Source: Hydrolagus affinis
Lineage: Eukaryota
Direction: 5' to 3'
NCBI GenBank assembly: GCA_012026655.1
Contig: JAAILG010000803.1
Location: 1-64,000, forward strand
Length of the DNA stretch: 64,000 nucleotides
Part shown: one piece after another, positions 49,691 to 61,330 of the stretch
Layout of the letters: each line of letters opens with the position of its first letter
How positions within the stretch are numbered: position 1 is the first letter of the stretch
Program-made: the position numbers and the translations under genes
The notes under the pieces: model-generated
What the model saw: only the letters and a program-made list of their open reading frames with translations
What the model was told of the DNA's origin: nothing
Database searches by the model: none

Positions 49691-51696
49691 TCAGCGGAGC
49701 ATTTTATAGATAAAACATTTCTTCCAAAAGCTGAACGAAAACAGGATACGGTATATGGAACAATGGGCGCAGAGGAATAAATTAAACGCTGTCACCCAAT
49801 CACAGTCTTCAGGTGACATTTACAAATGGCTGGAGCTTCACTCGAACAGTTCGTGTCACCTGAACTGTTGTGGTAAGTGACAACCTTGTTACTCGCTCAC
49901 GGGGATCCATTTGCTTTTTAAATGAATTCTAAGTTCAACCAACCTTCTTTGCACAGGTGAGTAAATATGGCCCAATTTTTTTTTCCCATTTAAACTAAAC
50001 TTGAACTTCGAACCCACCCGCTTCAAAAAATAAAATAAGGCAATAAGGCTTTTGCAGATTAAATCTGTTCTTCCGCTTATGTATTTGAAAAGGAAAAAAA
50101 AACTATAAAAGGATATATGTCTGTGTGTGTGTTTGTGTGTGAGTTGGGCGGGGAGTGGGGGGGGGGGTGGGGGGGAGTGGCGGGGTTACTAGCAGGAAAG
50201 TGGGAATAAACAGTAAAGCTGTCCTTACAGGTAGAATCAGCATGGACGCAATCGGACAAAACGTCTGCTTCAATACTGAAAAGAATTCTGATTTATCTCC
50301 AGTTTATTGGAGTAAGTAAACGGGCGTTAAAAGTTGCTGTGTTTCTTGTACAACATCTGTAATCTGCAAAGGAAACTCAACGTTGACCTCTTGTGCTACA
50401 CACTCAATGCCTCAGAGGGTTCAACAACAACAACAAAAAATGGAAAGAAACGGCCGTTTCTCTCTCGGTAAACAGGTCACCAGACCACAGCTCAAAAAAT
50501 CAGCCCTTCGTGCTGCAGACATAACACCAGCTTTAAACAAAATCAATGAGAGAAAACATCAGGAGGCCACACTGGAAATGTTTTGAAGGTACTTTTCACA
50601 GGCCTGCCTGTCTCCTGTTTTACAGGGTTCAGGATTAAGGTTATTTCTCAGTAAATGTGTTGCCACAATTCGGATACTCTTGAGGGCTGACTGCGTTATG
50701 TGGGAATTCTATCACAGGACCAGCTTTCTCTGTATATTTTCTGCTGCAGCAGATCACATGATGCATGGCGGAATTGTGTATGAGCTGTCAGAAAGCATGG
50801 CGTGGGAGGTCAGTCGAATCAAACAGCCACTGTCTTTCATCTGACAGATCAAACCTTCTTACACTTTGCTCAAAGCATGAAATCTCTTCGGCTATAATCC
50901 CTTCTAACAAATTTCGCCAGCTCACCCCCCCACCACTCCGCCCCCCCACAACCCCCTTAGGGAAAAGGCTAATTCCTGACTCTTCGAAGGACCTTTATTG
51001 ATCCGTATCTTATTATCTAATTCTCTGTAGATTAATAAATCAATGGGTTTTTTCTTATTCCAACTCCAATGGTAGAATGATTTGTTAGCTAAATAAGGGA
51101 ACCGACCCATTGCACTTAACCAGTCAATGCTCATTAAAACACACTGTGTCAAAAAGAAACAGTCCACGTTCTCCTCTTGACAATCATCTGTGTCAGGCCA
51201 AGAGGATTGGACCATTGCAGATTGGCTTCAACCCTTTGTGTTCTGCAGCTCTCACTAATAACACAACATCGTTTGTCAGTCGCACAACGGGGCTACGTTC
51301 AGACTGAGTCATATTTCTCGCAAAAGTATTTCTCGGAATCAACTCATTTGTACGGTGCCCTTTACTGCCCTCTCCCTCGGTTCCGACATTTTTTTTTGAT
51401 CATCGAGAGACGGCCACCACCAGCCTGTAGCCGGGGCGAGGATTTGATTCGCGGGATTGCGCACCATTATTTAGGCAACTCTTCATATGAGGGAGATAAT
51501 AGAACAAAATGCATTGGTATTTCTAAACCGCCGTGATCAGTAACCGGGTGGTTAAGTTGAACAATATGATCTGACAATATTTATACTTGATACAGCATCT
51601 CTCACATCGGTAGCACAGGTCAAAGCACTTCACAAACATGTACTGTGAAGTGCAGGACTGTGTGTTTTATAGGAAAACCCTGCATCTAGTGTAACT

Positions 51697-52063
51697 TCTC
51701 ATGCGGAGGACGGCACCTCCAACAATGCAACCCCCACCCCCCACCCCCCACCCCGCCCCCAGCACTGTGTTTATCAGCCTGGACTACATGCGTTTAAAAT
51801 CCTGCTTTGAATGCACGACCTAAAAATAATTGGTCATTTCAATCCACGACTGTTTGCGTGGGACCAATGCTCTGCGCCATTGGCTGCCGCGTTTCGCCCA
51901 CAAATATACAGTCAATTCACTTTACAGTATATTCGGTGAAGCGCTTTGAGACGTCTAGAGGACGTGAAAAGTGCTATATCATCAAATGCCATGATTATTA
52001 TTATATTATTATTAACCTTGTGACTTGGGAGTCAAGAATGCTATCAACCGAGCCAGGCTGACA
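51697..52063 (-). mobile_element. Older Deu-SINE 5' half, split by a young SINE (host pieces about 51697-51820 and 52013-52063)
   Basis: Head tgtcagcctggctcggttgatagc on the minus strand from 52063; continues tagtccaggctga...cattgttggaggtgccgtcctccgcatgag at 51790-51697. Confidence 0.7.
51822..52012 (+). mobile_element. Young SINE, 5'-truncated
   Basis: aattggtcatttcaatccacgactgtttgcg...gaagcgctttgagacgtctagaggacgtgaaaagtgcta. Confidence 0.9.
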
Positions 52064-52799
52064 ATGATAGTATCTCTATTGAACTTTAATATTCCCGGCA
52101 ATCACCAAGCTTTCATTTATTCTACATTATTTCAGTAAAAGCTGTAGAAAAGATCTAGGAAGGGTTTATCTGCTCGCACAACCAAAACATTGGGTGACTT
52201 CAATCGCGGCTTCAAAAGGCAAATGTGTGTTGTCCCGTTTGTAAGCATTAACTTGGAGAATATCTGGGCTTGATAATGCACACAGGATGCGCTTTAATTG
52301 TAAAATTATAGTCGATGACTTGCTGAAGTTAATCGACGGTTTGCAAATAAATCCTGAGTTCAGGTCAGATCAGTCAATAAAATCAGGTGACAAACATGAA
52401 TGGCATGGCCTATTAAACAATGCCAAATTAGTTGACCAGAGTAATTAAGTGACATTGGGCTTTCACTTAAATAGAGCCAGTGAAACAGACAAGAGTTTGA
52501 TGTACACAGAACTCCATTTGTGCAGTATACACACACACACACACATATATACACAGACACACACACACACACACATCAGTCTGTAGCCCTATCTTAAATC
52601 AGACTGGTAAATATAAATTGCGGAACTTGCAAATTAATTGTGTATGAAGCAAACAATTTCAAGATACAATGGCAGAAATGTACACCAATTAACAAGGCCA
52701 TAAAACAAGCACTTCACAGCTCGTTGGAGTGCCCTCAGGCTGCTGACTGGGAGGATTTTCACGTTCAGCTAGGGCGAGACTCCGCTGTCATCTGTGGGG

Positions 52800-53055
52800 T
52801 AAGCCATTTCCCCCCTCGTTTTCTGCTCCTCGCCGAGCCAATTGTGAAACTCGGCATCTTGTTCAACCCTCAATGGTCCTTTTTACCCCACCACATCTCT
52901 GCTATGATCCATTCTGCCTTCCCCACCTCCGCAAAATAGCTCGGCCCCCGCCACTGCCTCACCTCTCAAGCCTCCACAACCCTCATCCATGTATTTGTTA
53001 CATCTGGGCTTGACTATACCAACTCACTGCTTGTCGGCCTACCCAACTTTTCCCT
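52800..53055 (+). mobile_element. L2 ORF2 fragment
   Basis: Encodes pieces of VKLGILFNP...TLIHVFVTSGLDYTNSLLVGLP (L2 'LIHAFVTSRLDYxNSLLxGLP' motif) with frameshifts. Confidence 0.85.
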
Positions 53056-53068
53056 CCCTTGTAATTTG

Positions 53069-53343
53069 GGTTACCGCCCAATAGTCCGAAGGTTCATTAG
53101 ACCGAAGGTTCGATAGTCCGAAGCTTCCCCTAACCCTAACCGGAACTCTAACCCTAACACTAACCCTAACTGTAACATTTGGACTAATGAACCTTCAGAC
53201 TATCGCACCAAATGTTCGGATTAACGAACCTTATTTTCGGACTATCGAGCGGTAACCATGGTAACCACCCCGGGTATAGGAAATTTGAGTGTTCGGACTA
53301 TTGAACCTTCGGACTGTCGAACCTTCGGACTATCAAGTGCCCC
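53069..53343. mobile_element. Non-autonomous TIR element (MITE-like) with subterminal repeats and internal (TAACCC)-like tract
   Basis: ggttaccgcccaatagtccgaa (53069-53090) versus ttcggactatcgagcggtaacc (53236-53257), 20/22 inverted match; repeated tagtccgaaggttc units. Confidence 0.8.
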
Positions 53344-53387
53344 TCGTAATTTGTTGTGCTGGTGTTTGCATTACACAGTCATTACAC

Positions 53388-53497
53388 ATTTCGCCCACAA
53401 ATATATAGTCAATTCACCATACAGTATATTCTGTGAAGCTCTTTGAGATGTCGATATGATGTGAAAAGCGCTATATCAAATTGCAAGGATTATTATT
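53388..53497 (+). mobile_element. Young SINE 3' fragment
   Basis: tttcgcccacaaatatatagtcaattcac...gtgaaaagcgctatatcaaattgcaaggatt. Confidence 0.85.
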
Positions 53498-54073
53498 CCA
53501 CGTGGAAATTCCAGAGATAGATTGCTGGAATGCGCACTCTCTCCCCCGGAGGGACGGACTGCGCTTGTCTCTAATTGTGGAAGAATATTTGGCACAGTTT
53601 GCCTAAACGCTTTCCGGAATTAGGTAAATAGGACATATACATCTCCACCGAATACCAACCACAGTCAACTCACACACACACACATTGCACCGTTGCACCC
53701 AAACCTTAGCCGCTCTCCCGAAGCATGAGACTCACAGCACTGCCAGACTGTATCACCTTCAACAGATCGCAGACTAAAAACCTACACCTCAGATTGTAAC
53801 ACAAACAGATGCTTCCGAGCCTTTGAGGAATGGACAAGTCACCCAGCCGGATCGCAGACATATTTAAATGTTTGAACTGCTGTTTCCAATAGTATTCCTC
53901 TTATCCTGTGTTACTCATGTCGACTGTTAGGAGAACTGAAATCACCTGGTTTTAAGTAACAAATCTTCCACAATGGACGTTTTTCATGGACTACATTTTT
54001 TTTGCTGTCAATAAAAATGTCCTCATCGTACATGGAGAGGAAGGAACGCTGTTCAAATCAGCGTTTCAGTGCA

Positions 54074-54200
54074 TTTCGCCCACAAAATATACAGTTGATG
54101 CTCTTTAGAGCATGTTCTGTGAAGCCACTCCGAGACATCTTGAAGACGTGATAAGGAGCTATATCAAATTCAAGGATTAATATTATTATTAGTATTATTA
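54074..54200 (+). mobile_element. Young SINE 3' fragment
   Basis: tttcgcccacaaaatatacag...ctatatcaaattcaaggattaatattatt. Confidence 0.75.
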
Positions 54201-54431
54201 CCTGTAGATCCGCTTTATTAGCTGCTAAAAACAGAATGTAAGGATTATGCAAGGAAGCTGCAGATAATAATAAAAATTAGTATTATTAAAATAATTAATT
54301 TGATATAGAGCCTTTTCAATTCAGGAGGAAATCTTAATGTGCATCACGGGATTTTTTGCCCAGAAAATATACAATCAATTCACTTTATATTATATTCTGT
54401 GAAGCGCTTTGAGAGGTCTCAAAGATGTAAT

Positions 54432-54700
54432 GCATTTATAGAGCGCCTTTCACGTAGGGAGGACGTCCCAAGGCAGGTCGGGACCCGAGCGGGTTGGGGA
54501 AGGGTTGGGGTAGGGGCAGGTGGACGGAGAGTAGGAAACGGTGCAGAGTTAGGAGAGCAGCAGAAGGCACGGTCGAACAGAAAGGTTTTGAGACTGGCCT
54601 TGAAGGAGGAAAGGGAGGAAGCGAGGCAAAGGGATTGCGCGATGGAGTTCCAGAGTGTGGGGGGGCAGAGAGGCCGAAAGCCCGGCCGCCGATGGTAGGA
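54432..54700 (-). mobile_element. L2 LINE 3' end
   Basis: ORF track shows PTIGGRAFG on the minus strand; tail gccttgggacgtcctcctacgtgaaaggcgctctataaatgca. Confidence 0.85.
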
Positions 54701-55721
54701 GTGGTAAGGAATATGCAGAAAGGTTTTTTTGTGCGAGTGTGCCGAAATAGTATGTCTAGGAGCCAGTCCAAGGTGATAGTTCTACCTCATCAGAGAAACT
54801 AACAGTGTTAATTATGAAGCAGCTGGTTCCCAGTAGAAGTAGCCACATCCGCAGAGCTCTCCTCTGAGAACAGTTGTAACAACACGGCTTACATTTGCTC
54901 AAACACGGCTAATCTCTATTTACCACCAAGTGTCTTTTTTTTTCCTTCTCAATTATGGAACAGCCACACACACACACACACACACAAACACACATAGAAC
55001 ACACCAAAGTGCGCTCTATCTATCCTCAATTCCTGGTCCCGTTTTAAAATCCCCCTCCCTGAAAAAGAAAACAACAGTGTAATAAAACGATACGGAGAGA
55101 TAACATTTTTAAACGCGATTTTAATTCTAATCCTGCCATCCTGCCAAAACAAAACAGGAGGGGAACGTATACAAAGCAGGTTTCTGCAGGATTTTACCAC
55201 GGGTGAGAGGTGAGGGAACGAGTGAGAGCCAGGCAACATCAGTATTTAAACCCGATACACTCGGTGAAAAGAAAGAAATGAATGACTGAGCTCAGAACGC
55301 CTGACAAGGTCAAACTAACAATAGAATTAGAAAATAAACTGTGATCTTCAGTCAAAATACCCACGATATATATATATCATGGGTTCAGTTTTTGTGTTGT
55401 AGCAGCTCTCGATACAAATGACATGGAATTAAACAGAATTACATGGAGTCCACAGCAGTGAAACAGGTCAACTAGTCCTCGCTGGTGTTTATATTCCACA
55501 TGAGCCTCCCTCACTTTCCTCCCACACGCTCCTCTCTTCTCTCTCGTGTATGCTGCAGATGTAATGGACGAAGAGTGTTCTATTCAAGGGGAACTCTCCG
55601 CAGCAATTAAGAGGTTTGAGAGAGAGAGAGAGAGAGAGAGAGTGGGATTAGGAGGGAATGGGGGGGGAAGCTCGCGTGGAGAGACTGGCCAACAATCACT
55701 GAAATAAAATTAGAACATTAA

Positions 55722-55840
55722 TTTTCACCCACAAAAGGCACTGCCAATTCACTACATCGTGCATTTTGCGAAGCGCTTTGAAACATCTCGATGTGTTAAG
55801 GTGCTATATACAGGTATATATCAAATGCAAGGATTATTAT
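55722..55840 (+). mobile_element. Young SINE 3' fragment
   Basis: gcgaagcgctttgaaacatctcg...tcaaatgcaaggattatt. Confidence 0.75.
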
Positions 55841-56087
55841 ATGTGACGTTCATTTCACGCTCTCCCTTTCGAAGGCAGACACATACTATACCCACAAAGG
55901 CACAATTAACTCTGAGACTTGATTTTATTAAGTACAGTATGCTAGCGGCTGCACAGGCAAAATCTTGGAAGCTGTAGCCACTTGTTTGAGTGTTTATATC
56001 CATCCCATATCCCTTGTTCTCAGTGCTATCTTCTCTCCCTTTACACAATTCCTTATGTTTGCTCCTTTCTATGCCATCTCATCACAC

Positions 56088-56187
56088 NNNNNNNNNNNNN
56101 NNNNNNNNNNNNNNNNNNNNNNNNNNNNNNNNNNNNNNNNNNNNNNNNNNNNNNNNNNNNNNNNNNNNNNNNNNNNNNNNNNNNNNN
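56088..56187. other. Assembly gap (100 N)
   Basis: Run of exactly 100 N, typical placeholder for a gap of unknown size. Confidence 1.
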
Positions 56188-56280
56188 CCCCCCCCCCCTC
56201 ACACTGGGTAGCATCCCACGCCTTCCAATTTTAGGTTACAGTTAATCTCAGGACAGCTCAGATTCAACGCACTGACAACA

Positions 56281-56534
56281 CAGGGCAAAACCTTGGGCAA
56301 GTTTCCTTACTCCAGACGCCTGATAATAATCCCTCAAGAAAAGAAAATCAATAATAAATTGGTCACTTCAATCCATGACTCTCTGTGTGACACCACTGCT
56401 GTGGGCAATTGTCTGCGTTTCGCCCACAAATACACTATCAGTTCACTTCACAGTATATTCTGTGGTGCGTTTCGAGGCGTCTAGAAGATGTGAAAAGCGC
56501 CACATCAAATGCAAGGATTATTAATTATTATTAT
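56281..56534 (+). mobile_element. Young SINE lacking the tRNA head
   Basis: cagggcaaaaccttgggcaagtttccttactcc...atcaaatgcaaggatta. Confidence 0.9.
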
Positions 56535-57711
56535 AACACTGCACAATGGCTGAAGGATCACAGTTGAACCAAACTGTTCATTAGCTGGTGAATAACATTG
56601 ATGCTTACTTTTTAAATTTTAGAAATTCTTCGCCCTGAAAATCCAAACGGCGACTCTGGGCAGAATTCCTAAACCTACCCGAGGGTTTCAATTAATACAA
56701 ATTGAGAGCGACCGCAACTCGCCCAATCCCCTCCGCATTTGCGAATCCGCCGGAATGTCAAATGAGTGCCGCGAACCGAACCCTCGGCCCGGACAGGATC
56801 ACTCCGCGTGAATTTTAAGTAGATTCATTAAAACAGTTCAAACTTTGTCAGACTGTCAAGTCAAAGCATCAACACCAGACTTGCCTAAGAAATGCAGGTT
56901 ACTTACTCCCCTGGGGTCGTCAACTCCGTGGTGAATCCTGAATCCGCAGAGTAATTCAACCTCTCTACAAGGTGCGCGCTCACAAGGCGTACGCAATGCA
57001 AATAGGACATGGGTCATGTCAGACTTTTGACAGTATCTCTCAAGCTGTTGTCGGTTGCCATCCCATTGCCTCGTTTCGTGGAACGATGGAAGGCTGCAAA
57101 AGGCTAACAGATTTGAGGGGCCGGGAAACAGATTCACATTTAGATGTTAAATCACCAGTATAGTGTTCCGTAAGCATCTGCGGGCTAACAAGTCACCCAT
57201 TTTAATACCAGTCTCTCCACCCCTGCTATAGAAAACCTAGAATCCAAGGATTCTTCCATTGACCGTAATGCTTTGGTGATTCTGTCTCCTCATGGTGACC
57301 TACTCTGTCTGAATAAGGATTTATTTAAGCCATTTACAGCCAGTCGTTTCTCACTTGTTGGCATGGCATAATTATAATGTGCATAAATCTAACCTTGTCT
57401 CCCAAACCTGGATGCTTCTGCCAGTCTTTTCTTTCCCCCATTCCCCTGACACGGTGACATAAGCTTTCCTTTAACAACTCGGATCCTAAACACACACACC
57501 CACACATCCACTCCCACACACACACACACCTACACACGCACACCCACACACCCACACACAAAGCGTAACTGTAAGGCAATCCCGAATGAACACGCAGCTT
57601 TTTATTTAACTCATTGAGATATTCTATACTGTACTTGCCTAATTCATCCCACAAAATATACACTTACTGACTGCGGTGTCACTCTCTACGCAAACGCTCC
57701 CGTTATCAGTA

Positions 57712-57771
57712 ACAACAACAAATTACAATTGTAAAGCACCTTTCACGGCGGGAGGACGTCCCAAGGCGCTA
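57712..57771 (-). mobile_element. L2 3' tail
   Basis: acaacaacaaattaca...cctttcacggcgggaggacgtcccaaggcgct. Confidence 0.75.
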
Positions 57772-58046
57772 AACAGTCGGCAAAGTCTGAGGCAACAGGA
57801 AAGCAGATCAATAAACACCAACAGTGAGGTCGCTGACCTGAACTTACCAAACTCACTAGTGCTATAAGCAGTGCACATTGTCAGCAATACCGAGCGTTCT
57901 TGTTCTTGGGCTACGAAAGCACAGTCACTGCACAATACCATACTTACTTTCAAGGGCTTTGATGTACCCCGATGTGATAAAGGTGTGAGTTATATCAATG
58001 CAATTTGTACTTTACAAACTCTGACCACAGCAATGGCCTCGCCCAC

Positions 58047-58107
58047 GTGCCTTGGGACGTCCTACAGACGTGGGAAAGGCTTTACGTCAATGTAATGTTG
58101 CTGTTGT
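58047..58107 (+). mobile_element. L2 3' tail
   Basis: gtgccttgggacgtcctacagacgtgggaaaggc...aatgtaatgttgctgttg. Confidence 0.7.
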
Positions 58108-58277
58108 GAGTTACAAGGTTCCTGTTAGTGAGTGTCCTGAGCTGCCACCACAGCTTAAATACATTGGCTGTTCTTCTGGCAGAGGTTTGTTGGGATTACA
58201 GGAGAACAGACCATTGGTAACAACACAGAGCAAGTGCCTGCTGTTGAGAAGGAGATGATATAATTACACTCAAGTTC

Positions 58278-58634
58278 ATAATAATAATAATAATAATAAT
58301 AATAGTCCTTGCATTTGATATAGCGGCTTTTCACATCTCATCGACGTCTCAAAGCACTTCACAGAATATAATGTAAAGTGAATTGGCTGTACATTTGTGG
58401 GTGAAACGCGGCAGCCAATTGTGCACAGCAGTGTCCCCCGCAAACAGTCGTGGATTGAAATGACCAATTTTTATTATAGTGTTGATTTTTTGGGAGGGAT
58501 TATTATTAGGCGTGTGTGTGTGTGGAGTAAGGTTCGCCCAAAACTTGCCCAAGGTTTCGCCCTGATCTGCCTGGATTTGAACACAGGCCTCTCACACTTG
58601 TAAGCCGAGTGCTCTAACCACTGAGCTACAGGAG
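58278..58634 (-). mobile_element. Full-length young SINE
   Basis: Minus strand: ctcctgtagctcagtggttagagcactcggcttacaagtgtgagaggcctgtgttcaaatccagg...caaatgcaaggact(att)n. Confidence 0.95.
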
Positions 58635-58642
58635 ATCGTTAA

Positions 58643-58812
58643 GCTGGGGGGATTGGTTGTTGGGCAGAACATCAGGAGAGTCTCTCTTCTCTTTTTGAAC
58701 AGTGCCTTGGAATCTTCAACAGGCTGGTGGGACCTGGGTTTATACCGTCTCCTCCGACAGACAACAATGCTAGGGCTCTCTCAGCGTGCTATCTATCGAG
58801 CCAGGCTGACAC
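58643..58812 (-). mobile_element. Older Deu-SINE 5'/middle part, decayed
   Basis: Head gtgtcagcctggctcga on the minus strand at 58812; gaagattccaaggcactgttcaaaaagagaag segment. Confidence 0.6.
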
Positions 58813-59213
58813 CTAAGACACAGGTAGTGGTAAATATACTTGCAATGCTGTGCTCACGCCGAGAACTCAGCAGGAAACTTCTGTGTTACAACGAAAACAA
58901 CAATGGCATGAGAAATAACCCTGTTTGATCTGCTCAGGTGCCGGCCATAAAGAAATCAATCAATAGGTTCAAAAGCGGAATCACTTGCCCAGAGCGCAAA
59001 CTTTCATTTAACGGCCACACTGCGTTCCGGGCTGACTCCTCAACCTGACTAGACGCAGAAAAAACCAGATCATACAATAATGCTCTGGAACGGGCAAGAC
59101 AACAAGACTTTTATTTAAAGCCTAAAATTGCTTATTCTTTTAAAATGCCATAATCTCAGCACGGCAAGTCTAAGTCGTGCAACCTTCCAGGAAACTGGAA
59201 ATACTAACTGAAT

Positions 59214-59420
59214 GTCAGCCTGGCTCAGTGGCTCCTACTCTTGCCTGTCAGGGAGCAGGTTATATCGTTAGTTCAAGCCTCACATTTGTAACTTTTAAGT
59301 TCCTGTACTCCAGCCTGGTCCTCCGATGCTTGGCCAAGGCCAGCGCTGCTTTATTGGAGATGCCGTCCTTTGGACGAGACGTTAAAACGGAGGTCCCTTG
59401 TCTGGCCTGTTCAGATGGGG
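59214..59420 (+). mobile_element. Older Deu-SINE 5' half
   Basis: tgtcagcctggctcagtgg...agttcaagcc...ggagatgccgtcctttggacgagacgttaaaacggagg. Confidence 0.75.
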
Positions 59421-60021
59421 GTGGTCTATGAATCAGATTTCACTGATAAATGCTGGGGGGCAGGGAATGAGGTCAAGAATGCCATTTGAACCTTTATGGA
59501 AACGCTGCAGCTCCAGAACAGCTTTTAAACGAAATACATTAATCCAGCCGGTGACATTTCTCACAGTAGTTACTCGACGTCGATGAGGCGGAAAAACATT
59601 TGCACTTGATCACAAAACCACATCAGCGAAAGGAGGCACAGCGTGCGAACACACAACATTTGTGCGAGATAAGCAAATATCAAACCGAGCTGTCCATTCT
59701 CAACCCACCTACTCCACATCCCCCACAATTAGAGAGAGAACGACTTTCTATTGTGCTGCCTGACAGTGATAGTTACACGTTCTCATTAATACCTGATTAG
59801 CCACTACTGTGCGTTTACCGGATTTACACCATTCATTACCATGTGGCCTCCACCTATTTACGCACAATGCACATGGCGTTCTCTCTGTCTCACAGGCGCA
59901 AATCCGCCACCTTCCTGACATGCAAAAGGCATTATACGAGTGTCATTTTGCAGCTTCGTTTAAGAATATTGCAACTTTCTCATTTTTCTTCTTCTCAGCT
60001 TCATCGGGATTAGACCCACGA

Positions 60022-60322
60022 GCGTGAGAGACCTGTGTTCGAATCCAGGCAGGTCAGGGCGAAACCTTGGGGAAGTTTCCTTACTCCACACAAACACATA
60101 CACACACATACACACACACCGAATAATAATCCGTCGAAACAACCCCACAAATAATACAAAATTGGTCATTCGAATCCACGACTGTTTGCAATTGGATGCC
60201 ACGTTTCTCCCACAAATATATACAGTCAATTCACTTTACAGTATATTCTGTGAAGCGCTTTGAGACATCGATAAGATGTGAAAAACGCTGTATCAAATGC
60301 AAGGATTATTATTATTATTACT
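60022..60322 (+). mobile_element. Young SINE truncated within the tRNA head
   Basis: Starts at gtgagagacctgtgttcgaatccaggcaggtcagggc (box B present, box A missing), full body and tail. Confidence 0.93.
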
Positions 60323-60979
60323 ATATTAGCACCAGAATGTTTGGATTTCCAAAGCTAAAACAGGCTGTTTAAACTACAAGAAGCAACTGTGCACCTTTCT
60401 GTAATGTGCAAGTAACTCGTTCACAATAACAACTCAGATTCGTTTGCAGTTCTGCTCACCTTTAGGTTAAAGTTGCTGAGTTACAGAGTGGGTCCCAAGC
60501 TTGCCGAGTGGGAGGCAAAAAACAGTGGCCAAAAACAAACAGGACTCCACCTTCCTGGCTTCCTTTCTCTTCAGGTTTCCACCAAAGATCTTTTTGAAGC
60601 GCTCTGTGGAGAACACTAGCTGTCGTGAAAAGCGCTATATAATTATAATAATCCTGATATATAGCAATAATAATAATAATAATATAAATGCAAGTTATTG
60701 TTGTTATTGGATCCATCGAATGTTGCAGTGATTAAAGCCAACTCCCATCCTTTGCACAGTCCATTCAGTCAAGGGTTAGGGCTACCCACTTAACCTGGTA
60801 AGGTCAGCTTCTGACAGATTTTCTCTTTCTCCGCACACCCAAAAGTAAATCACTAAAGACCTCTAGGATAACTATGTACATTCTTTGTACATCTGATTTG
60901 CATCTTCCATTATTTATCCTCGACTGATTGCCTTCCCTGGTTGCTATTTCCACGCTGCTTGCATTTCATGTTCCCCACA

Positions 60980-61330
60980 GCATTTGATTACTGCGTGATG
61001 CGCTCTACCCCCATAACCAGATATATTCACCCCGCTCTTTTGAGAAGGTTTTAACTGACACATTCATTACTCTTGTCAGCAGCCCTTTCCAAATATATAT
61101 CTGAAGCTCCGTGGGGATAATAATCCTTCAAAACTCCAGTCTAGTTTAAGGAGAGTTAAGTTTAGATTCCTCTCCTCTCTAGCTCTGTAAACATTCCGAT
61201 TCCAACTAGATGTGTACGCCTGGACCAACCAAATCTCGCAGTTACTTTTGAAACCTGGATCATTACAATCTTTGACTGAAAACAAGTTAAGTTCCACCGG
61301 CTTGTCCTCCCATTCCTATTCTCAGGAAGT
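60980..61330 (-). mobile_element. Decayed CR1-like LINE 3' region
   Basis: cattactcttgtcagcagccctttccaaa is the antisense of a WxxLL/P motif region; cctctcctctctagctctg resembles the LERRR segment (ORF track: GMFTELERRGI). Confidence 0.55.

Noticed and set aside
49165-49780. Stack of Cys/Val- and His/Thr-rich ORFs
   Set aside because: Translations of a CA/TG satellite
49801-49872. Possible pre-miRNA
   Set aside because: Stem too short and loop about 35 nt; no recognisable mature miRNA
55965-56245. ORFs spanning the N run
   Set aside because: Artefacts of the assembly gap
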